Assembly (NCBI RefSeq): GCF_009834535.1
Contig: NC_045720.1
Span: 372,001-436,000 of the forward strand
DNA: 64,000 nucleotides
From: Camelus ferus
Lineage: Eukaryota
Direction of reading: 5' to 3'
Below are positions 1 through 10,900 of the stretch, in pieces; the stretch's first letter is position 1, and every line of letters starts with the position of its first letter. A program made the position numbers and the translations under genes. The notes under the pieces are model-generated. The model worked only from the letters and a program-made list of their open reading frames with translations, did no database searches and was not told the origin of the DNA.

Positions 1-1121
1 GGTCACTCAGATTCCACGACCAGAAAGAAGCACTGGGGGTGGCTGTGGCGGGGGCACTGTGGCACTGTTGCAGAGGTGGGAACATAGGCGAGGGGACTTC
101 TAACAGATAACTTTAGCTCTGTCATCCAGATGCGTTGAATTGGAGGGCCCTGTCCAGAAAGGCTATCCAGAAAACAGTGGACAAGGAGGGCCCCGTTCAG
201 GGCTGCAGTTTGGGACGGAGGCTGAAGACGGGGTTGGGGGTAGTGTGGAGGATAACCAGAGAGAAAGGTAGGTGGAAAACAGCTGTGGGACCCCAGGAAG
301 TAGGGGAGAGAGCCCCAGCCGCCTGCCAGGCACTCTCATCACACTCTGTCCCTGTGAGGCCAGCACAGGTCTGAGTCTGACAGCTCTGCCCCTTGACTCA
401 CCCCCTCCCGACTCTCAGCCTTCATTTCCTGAGCTATGGAAGGTCGAGTTGCAAAGTCTGTGTGCGATGGAGATGGTGTATGTGAGGCAAGGTGGTGGTG
501 GGGCTGTGACTTAAGCCTCTGTGACTTAAGCCTCTGTTTTTCAGCTCACTGGGTCTAGCAGGAAAGGGGAGGGAAGCAGGGAGGATCTGTGTGGAACAAT
601 GGGAAAGCCTTGAGGCTGGAAGATCACCTGTGCCCCACCATTCCCCTGGCCACAAAGTAAGGAGGGGTGCCCGCTGTCAGGGCTGGGCCGGGGAGTGGGC
701 AGCTGAAGAAGCCTGGGGGGAGGAGGTCACAGCACTGTCCCCACCACAACAGCACCCCAGCCATGCTCCACAGCCAGCCTTGCATGAGCAGTGCCTGTCA
801 CTTCAGACATGTTCATTATCATTAGTTTCCTGGTAAAAAAAAGTATTTTTGAAAATGGTAATCTTCCTGTCTAAACCAGGAAGTCTCCTGCTTGCAGGGC
901 TCGGTGGGGGAATACAAAGGGAAAACCCTGGAAGGAAAGGAGGTGCCCAGCTAGGATGCCAGTCTGCCTCCCAGACTCTGACTCCTTTCCCTTCCCTGCT
1001 AGAGTCCAGCCACTCTCCCTCTGAGGAGGGCAGGCCAACAGGGAAGGGGAACTCAGAACTTCTTCGGGACTCCAGGGGACTCTGAGGGACAGTCAGCACA
1101 GGCGCAAGGGTGGGGCATCAC

Positions 1122-4100
1122 CTCCTCCTGGCTGGCATGTGGAGGGAAGACCCAGTCTAGGCGGAAGCGACGCTGGTGCCCTCGATAGCAGGTGGTGACA
1201 GTGCCACCTGGGCCAGGCTCCAAGCTCACCAGGCTGGAGGGTGTCCCTGGCCTCAGCCGACACAGCACACGGATGTTTCCTGGGGTGGAGAGCAGGTCAG
1301 CAGGGCTGCCTCCCAGGTCCTAAAGCACCGAGAGGCTCCAGTTCCTCCACCTCTCCCTGCCCCATCCCTGTGCTCCCCAAGAATGCCATACCTTTGAGCT
1401 CCAACAGCCGCCCTGGGCATCCAGCTAGGGGCCCCTGCTTTGCCTCCTGGAACTTGGTCCCAGCCCCTCCAGCTGACAGTGCCCCCAGGGCCCAGGATAC
1501 CTGGGGGAATAAAGATGTGAGGAAGGGAAACAGTCCAAGAAGAGCCAGGGGTTGGGGGTGCGGTGCTGAGAGCAATATCCACCACGGGGCCCCCCAGCTG
1601 TGGTGATCTACAACTTCCAATGGCTTCAGGCCCCTGGGGGCATCATTCAGGGGGCCTGGGATGGAGCTGAGGAACCAGAGGAGAACCATAGGCAAGGACA
1701 TCATCGGTCTCTCCAGGGCTTCCTGGCCACCCTGTGAGGGATTCACTGTCACCCCAGTTTGCACAGAACAAAAATGACACCCAGAAGTGAGATCACACCC
1801 AGGATCACACAAGTTGTTCTGGTTCCAGAGCCCACAACTCCCTGGGGCTGGAAAGAGGATAAACAGAGGTTCCCAGAGTAGACCAGTGACAATGCTGCCC
1901 AGAGAGTAAGTGCAAGAGGGGAGCCAGTGGTCCTGACCTGACCCCGGGCTTCACTCAGCGAACCCTGACAGCTCTGGGTAAAGGTGCTGACCAGGCCTCG
2001 GAGGTCCCCACAGCCCTGACGCAAGCTGGCCATGCGTGCACGAAGTCCTGGTGGGCAAAGGTGGTTGAGGGAAAGCCCAGACCCAAGAGCTCTCCCATGG
2101 GCTCCCTAGCCCCAGCCCTTACCTGCTAGCTGCCCATGCATCTGCTGCAGCTCCCTTCTGCAGTTCTGCTCAGTCTCCTGCTGGAGCTGCTGGAGGGCCC
2201 CCCGAAGGCCCTGCAGCTGCATCTCCTGTGCCCCCAGCTGCCCCGCCCAACCCAACCCCTGTCACTGAGGAAACAGGCACTTACCAGGCTTTGCCTCAGA
2301 CACTCCCTTCCCAGTGCCCCCAGACTCCCCGGCCCTTGGGCCCAGCACCCACCTGGACTCGGAGGGCTTCCGTGGTGTCCTGGGCCTCCTGCAGTCGGCC
2401 CTGGAGCTCCGCCAGTGCTTCTGCCTCCTCCTGTAGGACAGGTGGGAGCCAGGTGAGCTATGGAGCCAGGAGGAAACTCAGGGAGAGGCACTCCAGCTGC
2501 CCCACAGAAAGTCAAGTTGAGAGGAGAACACAGAGCCAGTTAGGAATCCAAGCCTCCCAGTTCCATGCAGGGCTCATTTCCCCAAGTCCCTCTGCTCTCC
2601 TGGGGTCAGTCACAGAGGGGAGCCATAGGGTGGAGGGGAGGGATTCTCCTGTGGGCATCAGTCTTTTTGATGGGGACTGTCCCTGATCCTGGTTGCTGCC
2701 TCTGCTCCAGCAAGCAGGAGGTCCTGCGGGAGCCTGGGAAGTGTTGCTAGAGACCAGGTGTGCGGGAGGCCCAGACTGCAGGGACGGTGGAGACTAAGCA
2801 GGATACCTGTGGGGCCCTGCTGAGGGGGCCAGGGCCGCAGTGCAGCAGGAGGTCCCGAGTAAGGCTCAGGCTCTGTTTCAGGGCCTTGTTCTCCAGAGTT
2901 AGATACTGAACCCTTTTCTCCGAGTCTGTCGCCCCCTGCCAGAGAAGGAAGCCCTCAAGACTCACAATGAAAATCTCTCACGTCCCCACCCCCAACCCCG
3001 CAGCCTCACCACTCCCAGGCGCAGTTGGCCCAGCTCCTTCTCCTGCAGTTCCAGCTGCTGCTTCAGTTCTTCCAGCTGGAAAGGAGAGACAGGCACAGGG
3101 TAGACCACCTCCTTCTAGTCCTCTCCCAGTTCCCTGCTGCCTCCTGAGCCCCTCACCTGTCCAAGGATGAGCTGTTCCAGCCGCTGCGAAGCTCTCTGGT
3201 TCTCCTCCAACTGGGGAGGCTGCTGCCCCTGGGCTTCACCCCTTGGTGAAAGGGAAGGGCTTTCGTCTTGGGATGGGGTTCCTGGGGTGAGATGAACCCA
3301 GTTAGGACTGAAGAGCTCTCTGGCCTGAAGAAGGGGGCGCCTCAGGAGCAAGGCAGGGCTTAGGACCCTGCACTCCAGGCTGCTCAAGTTCTGGTGGGTG
3401 TCACTCCCTTGACAAACTCCCTCTTGAACTCACTACGCCTGACGCACCAGCAGGAATGGGGGACTGCACCCCTGAGGATGCCTGAGTCCCCTGGGGCACG
3501 GCCTGCCTCCCCCTGGGGCTCCGAATCCATGCCAGGAGGGCCAAGAGCTGACCAGTCACCGTCAACAATGGGGGGACATCACCAGGCTGAAAAAGAAACA
3601 GGAATCAAAGTGGAGAAGGAAGAAGGTTGGGGTGGGGGAAACTGGGATGTGGAGATCAGAAGGACTGGTGAGACAAAACAGGTCGCTGGGAGAGTCTCAA
3701 CTCCGCTTACCTTGCTCAGGTCGGGAGGATTCCCAAAGCTCTCCTCTGCCCCCAGCTGGACTGAGAGGAACTCAGCAACACGCACCAGAGCCTCTTCCAG
3801 GGAGACCTCGGCTGGACCGCCCTCAGCTCCCCCTCCCGGCCCATCCTCAGACTCCGGGCAGCCTGCGAGGCCAGGTGGTAGGAGGAATAGGAGTTCTGGA
3901 TCATGTGTCAGAGGCTAGGCCACCAGCTGGCACCTGCCAGGTCCCTCCCTCCCAGTGAGGTCAGGGGCACCCCAGCATCTCTCGGACGGCAGCGATCCCT
4001 CTTGGACCCAGAGACGCAGCGTTCCCGACGCACCAACAGCACCTACCGACCAGGCCGGTCAGCTCGGTCCACAGTTCTCCTGTGGTCTGGTCAGAACGGC

Positions 4101-4461
4101 GGCGGTCCCCAGGCTTGCAGCGGGTACTCTAGGGAGGGAGCAGAGGGAGCCCCTGAATAGAGGCCATGTAGCCTGTGGGGCTCCCTGTCCCCAAGGACTG
4201 AACCGAGGGGTTGGAGCTGGGGTCTGAGCTTCCAACACCAGAGACGAGGTCCTCCGCACGGCCCCTCCCCCGCGTCAGTGCCATGGGACCTACGCTTTGC
4301 GGGCCTGCAGAGCGGTTCTCAAGAAGGGGGTCGCCTGCCGAGCTGCGCCCGCCCCCGCTCACCTGGGAGGGGTTCCCAGGGACCGCGGCCGCCGCGGCCC
4401 CGCCATCCCTGCGAAAGAGGCTGTAGAAAATGTAGATCAGCAGCGAGTAGAAGGCGTACAT
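1122..4461 (-). CDS. KIFC2: Kinesin-like protein KIFC2, 5' part (12 coding exons, 454 codons; gene continues beyond the left edge of the window)
   Basis: Minus-strand exons with GT-AG boundaries and a continuous frame: 4461-4363 (MYAFYSLLIYIFYSLFRRDGG...), 4128-4047, 3862-3711 (VSLEEALVRVAEFLSVQLGAEES), 3586-3448, 3281-3157, 3075-3010, 2935-2807 (GATDSEKRVQYLTLEN), 2430-2353, 2237-2123, 2047-1938 (MASLRQGCGDLRGLVSTF), 1500-1392, 1279-1122 (GNIRVLCRLRP...FRLDWVF, start of a kinesin-14 motor domain). The next exon is not found in 1-1121. Confidence 0.96.
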
Positions 4462-5450
4462 GGGAGTGCGGGGCGGCAGAGGGCCCCGCTTCGCGCCGCC
4501 CCGCGTCCCCGCGCCCCAACTCCGCACCCGCCCTCCGCAAAGCCGGTGCGCATGCTCCGGCGGCCGCCCCCTCGGCCCGGTTCCCGCGGGCGGAGGACGC
4601 GCGCCCGAGGAAAGGGGGCAAGAGACAGTCATCCCCGGGGCCGCCACCCTAATAAGCGGAGACCTCGAGCTGAGAACGCTACGGCCTCGCACCCGCTCTT
4701 CTAGAATCCCTACCAATCCTCTACGAGGAACCCCCACGCGGCGGTAACGGCTTCAAGTTTTCCGCTCGCGGGTGTCCAACTCCGGCTCCCGCAGGCTCCT
4801 TCCTCGGCCCCTCCCCTCAGGCCCCGCCCCTCCCTTCACAGCCCCTCCCCTCACCGCCCCGCTCACCACCACGCCCCTCACAGCCCCTCCCCTCACTGCC
4901 CCTCCCCTTACCGTCGCACCCCCGCCCCTCACCGCCCCTTCCTCGGCTCCTCCCCTCACTGCAGACCACTGGGCTAACGTGCCGCCCAGGGTGCAGAGAC
5001 CCCTCCTCCTAGCCCCGCCCACATTCTACTGCCGGGTCTCTCGATTGTCCACGCCCGCGGCTCCCCGGCCCCGCCCCCCCCGGCCACTCTAGCCTCCGCT
5101 ACTCTCGTTGGTTGGCGCGGGGTCGCCGCAGGCCGGACGCGGGAGGCGGGGCGACAGCGGGAGGGCGGCGTGGTGGGTTGGTTTCTGCCTCCGCATCGCC
5201 GCTGCTTTCGGGCCTCGCATCTCAGGGTTCTCTGAGTTCCTGCGCGGTCGCCCCTTCTGGACTGGTTCCGAGGACGGCGTCTCCCAGAGCGCAGAGACTA
5301 GGCCAAGTCGGCCTTCGCGCCCTCTCCTCAAGGCCCTGCGCCCCAACTTGGGTTCCAGGACGCCAGAGCTCACACCCACCCAGCCTAGGCCCCGAGCCGC
5401 ATTTTCCCTTCTTTTCCCGGCCGATTTACGTTCTTCCCCACGGTTGTGTC
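4200..5450. promoter_or_regulatory. CpG island / bidirectional promoter shared by KIFC2 (-) and TMEM276 (+)
   Basis: Dense CpG and many GC boxes (CCGCCC/GGGCGG) lie between the divergent start codons at 4461 (-) and 5634 (+). Boundaries are approximate. Confidence 0.8.
4810..4965. repeat. Degenerate C-rich minisatellite (unit about GCCCCTCCCCTCAC(A/C/T))
   Basis: Recurrent GCCCCTCCC(C/T)TCAC and CCGCCCC units can be read directly in 4810-4965. Confidence 0.75.
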
Positions 5451-5633
5451 CAGTGGCCTCAGGGCTCTGAAGAGTTTTGGTTGAGCCTTTTCCAATACTT
5501 AGAAATGGGGCTCTGGAACCTGGGAGTCCTGGAGAGCCGCCCTTAGGGCTCCCAGTCGCGGCCTCTACGTTCTTTTTCTCCAAAGTTGAGGTCCCTTTCC
5601 TGTCCCCTCAAACTCACTACCGCCCCAGGTGTC

Positions 5634-6412
5634 ATGGCCCCCAGGCCATGGGGCGAGTGGAGCACCGCCCTGTCCCACCTGGCGCTGGGAGCGGTGTCTC
5701 TGCATGCTGCCGTGAGCACTGCCCAGGTGAGTACACTGGGGCTGGGCAGGAGTGTAGCCCACTCCCAAACCCCAAGAACCTTGCCTGTCCCCTGGTTCAG
5801 GGAGAGGGTGGTGGGAGGTAAGTATGGGGGCCAGGCTTCTGTGAGACCCCACCCCCCACCCCTCCCTGCTTAAAGGAACACCCTGGCCTCTTTTTCCCAC
5901 ATTTCCTCCCTTCCCTGTGTTGACAGGCAAGTCGAGGGGCCGCTGCTGGCTTCCTGCTCCAAGCGTTGGCCGCGGCCACCATGCTGGTTCCAGGGCTGGG
6001 CACAGATGAAGACCATCTTGCTGGAGCCTGGGTGGCTACTGTCATCGGCCTGCCCCTTCTGGCCTTCGATTTCCACTGGGTGAATGGGGACCGCTCCTCT
6101 GCCAACCTGCTCCTGGGAGGAGGCATGGTGCTGGCAGTGGCTGGTGACCACCTTGGTGCCGAGGGCCGCTCTGTGGCTAGTCAGGCAGTGGTGCTGGTGG
6201 TCGCAGTGACCATCCTCATTGTGGCTGTTTTCACGACCAACACTTACGGAATGTGGGGGGGTGTGATGCTGGGTGCTGCAGGCCTCCTGAGCCGGCTGGA
6301 GGAAGACAGACTGCTGCTGCTGCCGAAGGAGGACATCTGCTGCTGGGCCCTGGCCGCAGGCAGCTGGGCCTACCACCGGGCCCTACACACACAACGCCTG
6401 CAGTGGGAGTGA
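5634..6412 (+). CDS. TMEM276: Transmembrane protein 276 (192 aa, 2 coding exons)
   Basis: Exons 5634-5726 (MAPRPWGEWSTALSHLALGAVSLHAAVSTAQ, donor GTGAGT) and 5927-6412 (ASRGAAAGF...IGLPLLAFDFHWVNGDRSSANLLLGGG...LHTQRLQWE*). The protein has several hydrophobic segments and matches my recall of human TMEM276 (formerly the short CYHR1 isoform). Confidence 0.92.
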
Positions 6413-6692
6413 CATTGGAGATAGCAAGACAGGGTTTCTGCTCTGGCTACCACGTTCGTCTCTAACGGGCCTGCTCCTGGGGCCTTCTTCCCTAGGGATG
6501 GACTCTCCTTCCTTCTGAAGCCAGCTTGCTGCAGTGACTGGTCAGGGGGGCAGAGGCTGGGCACTGTCTCCTCCTCTGGCTGAGTGTGAGGACTTGCTTA
6601 GACCAGAATGAGGGGAACAACATCCCAGGCACGTTTGGGGGCCTGATTCTGGGCAGGCCATGGTTGTGGGTCTAGAGAGATGCTCGGTCTCC

Positions 6693-6698
6693 AATAAA
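6693..6698 (+). terminator. Polyadenylation signal of TMEM276
   Basis: AATAAA about 280 nt after the TMEM276 stop codon. Confidence 0.7.
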
Positions 6699-7299
6699 CC
6701 TTAGGGACTTAGTAGGAATATGGAATATGCCCGTTCTTGAGAGGGACTGAGGGGTCCTCCAGTAAGCTTCCTAAGGCTCCCAGGGCAGCAACTGGTTTTC
6801 CTGAGCAAAGGAAGGCATGTGCAGTGCACTACAACCAGCCCTGGGGGCCTTACCCAGTTTGGCCTGCCAGCACCTTTGTCAGGAAGGCTGCTGGACTGAG
6901 AAGACATAGGAGACCTTGCTCTCCTGGGATGTGGTGGAGCCTCGTTCTGAATATCCTTGAACGGTCTGGCAGGTGGCCCTCTGAGGCAGTGACCTTCATG
7001 GGCCAAAGGCCCGGTGAGGGAGGGAGGGCCGTACCACATCTGTTCCCAGAAATGCACTTTCCCTCCCAGGGCTGACTACCTCCACCCGTTTGACCTCTGA
7101 CCCATGCAAAGCAAGTCCTGATTTCCTAAGACCTCACTTTTCTCAGTGAACCCCTACTCAGGTCCCAACCACAAGGTTAGGCAACGGGATTGGGCCAAGC
7201 AGGGGGTTAGATTCCGGGTCCAGAGCTCTCCCTTGGGGAATCCCTGCGCTTGCGTCCTGTGGAAACACATCTCGTCCCGCATAGGAGGGAGAGGGTGGC

Positions 7300-7650
7300 C
7301 CGCGGGGTTTCTCGCTCCTACGAGCCAGGTCGGAATTCCGCGCGCGCAAGCCTGCATGTCGGAGGACAAAGGCGCAGACACACCCGGACGCGGGGGTCTG
7401 AGGCTGCCTTCCGTTCCTGAGGTCCCAAGGCGTGTGCTCGTTGTCCGGGACTGGCGGGAAGCGCAGCGCTCACCCCAGACCCCAGAACTTCCCCGCCGGG
7501 GCGAGTGCCCCTCCACCGGTCGACTGGGGCCCCGCCCACTTTCTGCAGGGGTGGGCCTTCGCGCGCCCATTGGTTCTGGCCGCCGCGCCGTCTTGCCCGC
7601 TTGGTACTCCAATTGGCCTCGCGCAGCTCACGTGACTGGGAGAACGAGGG

Positions 7651-7686
<36 letters not shown>

Positions 7687-7909
7687 GGAGCGGGGGAGCG
7701 CGCAGCGAAAACAAAGATGGCGGCTGCGCCGGGGTCGGTGGCCGCGGCGGCTGCGGGGCGACGCGCGGGCCGGACCCACTGAGGCGGCGGAGCAGGGAGC
7801 GGGGCTGCGGGGTCGCGGCGGCGGCGAGAGAGCGGCGGGAGCGCGCGGCGCCCCTAACCTCCAGCCGCGGGAGCGCGCCGGCACCCGCCCGCCGGGCCGG
7901 CCGGCCGCG
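7300..7909 (+). promoter_or_regulatory. CpG-island promoter/5' leader of ZFTRAF1
   Basis: GC box (CCCCGCCC, about 7530), ATTGG 7569-7573, CCAATTGG 7609-7616, E-box TCACGTGAC 7628-7636 and YY1-type AAGATGGCGGC 7714-7724. Confidence 0.75.
7651..7683 (+). repeat. (GGC)11 trinucleotide repeat
   Basis: Eleven uninterrupted GGC units are read directly upstream of the ZFTRAF1 ATG. Confidence 0.95.
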
Positions 7910-10900
7910 ATGTCCGGCGCGGAGGAGGCCGGCGGGGGCGGCCCGGCCGCGGGGCCTGCCGGCGTCGTGCCGGCCGGGGCCGGGGTCGGGGCCGGGGCCG
8001 GGGCGGCCGCAGGGCCGGCGGCGGCGCTGGGCGAGGCGGCGGGGCCCGGGCTCCCAGACGAGGCGGGCCTGGCCGGAGCCCGGCAGCTGCAAGAAGCGGC
8101 CGGCGACCCCGACGCGCCGCCCAAGAAGCGGCTACGGGCGGCCGAGGCGGCCGAGGCGGCGGCGGCGGCGGCGGCGGCGGGCAGCGGGAAGCTGGAGGAG
8201 CGGCTCTACTCGGTTCTGTGCTGCACGGTCTGCCTGGACCTTCCCAAGGCCTCCGTGTACCAGGTAGGGCCGCCGGCCCGACCCCGACCCGGCCCGGCTC
8301 CAGCCCCGCCGCGGCCGGCCCCCAGGCACCGCGTCTCCTCGGAGGCCAGGCCCGAGCCCTGGGGCCCAGCGGTGCGACTCTGGTGCCTGTTCGGAAGCTC
8401 CTCATTCTCTTCCTTTCAGGACTTTCTTGTTTCTTGTTCGGAACCCTATTTTTTTCTTGTTTGACTCCCATTATTTCCTGAGATGCCTCTTCTCTTTTCA
8501 GGTCCCCTGCTGGCCCCTCCTCAGCACTCGCCAGTCCTCACGCTGACCCCAGGGAAAGCTGGTGACACATCCCCACGCTCCTCCCCACCCTCCCCACCTC
8601 CGGGCGTGCCCCCCTCATTCCTGAGCTCCTGGGCTCTAGGAGCCCTGGTCTTCCCTCTTCCTCAAGAGCTGCTTTTCTCTTCCTTGGCATACACACCTCC
8701 CAAACCTGTCCTCGTGCGCATTCTGTACCCTTTTATTCTCGGGGGCAGAAGAACCTGCTTCACCTTGCTATTTCTTTCCGGAAGAACGTTGAAAATGGAG
8801 GGAAATACCTCTTTTCCTGCCCTTTCCCTTCATTCCTGGTCTGGATGAACCATTTGCATCAAGCCCCCCAGCTTGGGTCCCTTTTCCAGCCCCAGCACAG
8901 TCCAGCTCCTTCTGGGCATGCTGGGCCTCAGGCTAGGCTCCTGTCACGTCCCACCTCACCCTGGCCAGGCCTGTCTTCCCGGGCTACCAGTGCTTCAGGA
9001 GGTCTGTCCGCTTTCCTTTTATATGAAGGTCTAGCATGGTGGCTGGACTCAGAGTCCTTAACCCACTCGGGGCCGTCGGAGGGGGGTGTTTGGTCCAGGT
9101 TGCTCTTCCGTGTGCACCATACAGCCACAGGGGCCACACTCTGGTCCCAGGGCCAGTGTGCAGTGTCCTGCCTTCTCTATTGTCTGTCTCCAGCTCAGTC
9201 CCTCCATCTCTGATAACCCTTCCCTCCAGAGCCCCTTAGAAGAATGAAACAATACCCGATCACCTTTCTTTGCATTTATAGAAGCTGGGCATGGCTGTTG
9301 AAGCCTTGTCCCTCTCTTATACTCACATTGGGGGCTGTGAGTGAGAGAGACCTGTTATAAACAGCGCAGAGTTAGTCTGGATTGCCCTTTCCCCAGCCTC
9401 TGGATCTCCAGACCCTTCCCACTCTGGTGTAAGGTGGCTTGCTCAGGAGGCTTCCAGTGCACCTGGGTGATGGAGAGAGGAAGGAAGGGGCATGGGCGGG
9501 GAAGTGGGCTGAGTTCCTTGGAGAGAAGACACAGGCTCTCAACCTGCCCTCCTGTGCTTTGGGACACTCCTGGCCAGAGGCCCTAGGTCAGGGAGGCCAG
9601 AGGCCTCCTGGCCCAGCATGATAGGGGTAGGGCTTCTCGTAATGCCTTCAGCCTTATGGGTGCCCCTCAGAACTTGTCCTTTCTCTGGCTTCTTTTTTCC
9701 TTGCCCATGATCCTGCCAGGTGGAAGAAATCTTTCTTGGGCCTTGGATGAGAATCTAGGAAGCTAAGCTAGTGGTTGCAGGGTGGGTGGCATAGGGGAAT
9801 TGGGGTTCTCCTCATCTCCCCTCCTGTGAGTGGATTGGAGCTGGACCTGACGTGATAACAGGCCATGTGGTGCCGGCTCTTGGGCCGCTCAGCACAGAGA
9901 GCTGTAGCTTTGCCTCTGGAGCTGTGGTGACTGGGTCTCTGAGCCTGGCTGGTTTAAACCAGCCTGCACTGAGCTGGGAGCTGAGCTCAGACTGGAGGCA
10001 GGCGGCTGAGCAGCTGTGATGGAGAGTGAAGGCGCTGGGGCCACCTGACCTGTGGCCTCTCTCATGGCCTCGTGGGCTCTGCATAGTGGCTTCCCTGGGA
10101 ATAGGCCTGCTGAGTGAAGAGAGCCCACTGGTGCTGAGCTGTGGGTTCTGGCACCGGCCTCTGCCCCACTCGGGGCGTTGGCGAGGGGTTGCTCTCCTCT
10201 TGTTTCCAGAGGCTTGGAAAAAGCTTTAGAACGTTTGACCAGCAGGAGAGCCCTCAGTTCTGGAAGGGTTGGCTGGAGCCCTGCCATGAGGCAGAACTCA
10301 CTTGGACTGCTGGAAGACCTGCCACGGGTCAGGGCCACGTGGGTTGTGGATGCTCTGCCATGCCTGTGCTGGAGCCTGGGTGTGAGGGGCCTGAGGGAGG
10401 GCTGGGGGAACAAGGGAAGGCCTCAGTGGCTCCCTGCTGCATGCAGTGTTCTGTTTCACCATCCCTGCCACCCTGGTTGGGGACGTGAGGGCAGGGGTCG
10501 GGATGGACCTGGAGGCCCGCACCACTGCCTGGTTGCCATCAAAGCTAGGTTTGCTCCCGGGAGGATCAGGTCAAGGACGGCATGGGCTCCACTGCCGGCC
10601 ATCACTCCTTGGCCTGGGCTCGGCCCCTCCACTTCTGCTGGCGTCCTCTGGTGAGTCATGTGAACTGGTTGTCTGTGGTGGGCTGGCCTCAGGATGTGGT
10701 GTGTTTTGCTCTCTGTTCCTACTGGCAACGGTTTGCCTGACCCCACCAGGACATGCGGCTCAGGGCGGGCAGCAGCCATGCCGTGCATCTGAGGGCAGTT
10801 TCAGATGGTGCTCAGTTCTAGGGTGAGGGGAAGAGCCAGTGGCCATGCTGGGCCCTGTGTACTGTGCCTGGCACTGGGGCCGAGGGGGACAACTCTCTGG

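Noticed and set aside
1491-1500. GTATCCTGG on the minus strand resembling a U12 5' splice site
   Set aside because: It is the first codons (VSW) of a KIFC2 exon after a normal AG, and it does not match GTATCCTT.
5870-6376. 168-aa antisense ORF over TMEM276 exon 2
   Set aside because: It is the shadow of the sense coding frame (hydrophobic codons lack reverse stops) and has no independent features.
8015-8070. Similarity to the human MIR10400 hairpin as I recall it
   Set aside because: It lies in ZFTRAF1 coding sequence, so similarity is explained by protein constraint. My recall is uncertain and there is no evidence of processing.
7146-8267. 373-aa Arg-rich ORF and several other long ORFs across the ZFTRAF1 CpG island
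   Set aside because: Extreme GC content suppresses stops in all frames. The products are low-complexity with no recognisable domain.
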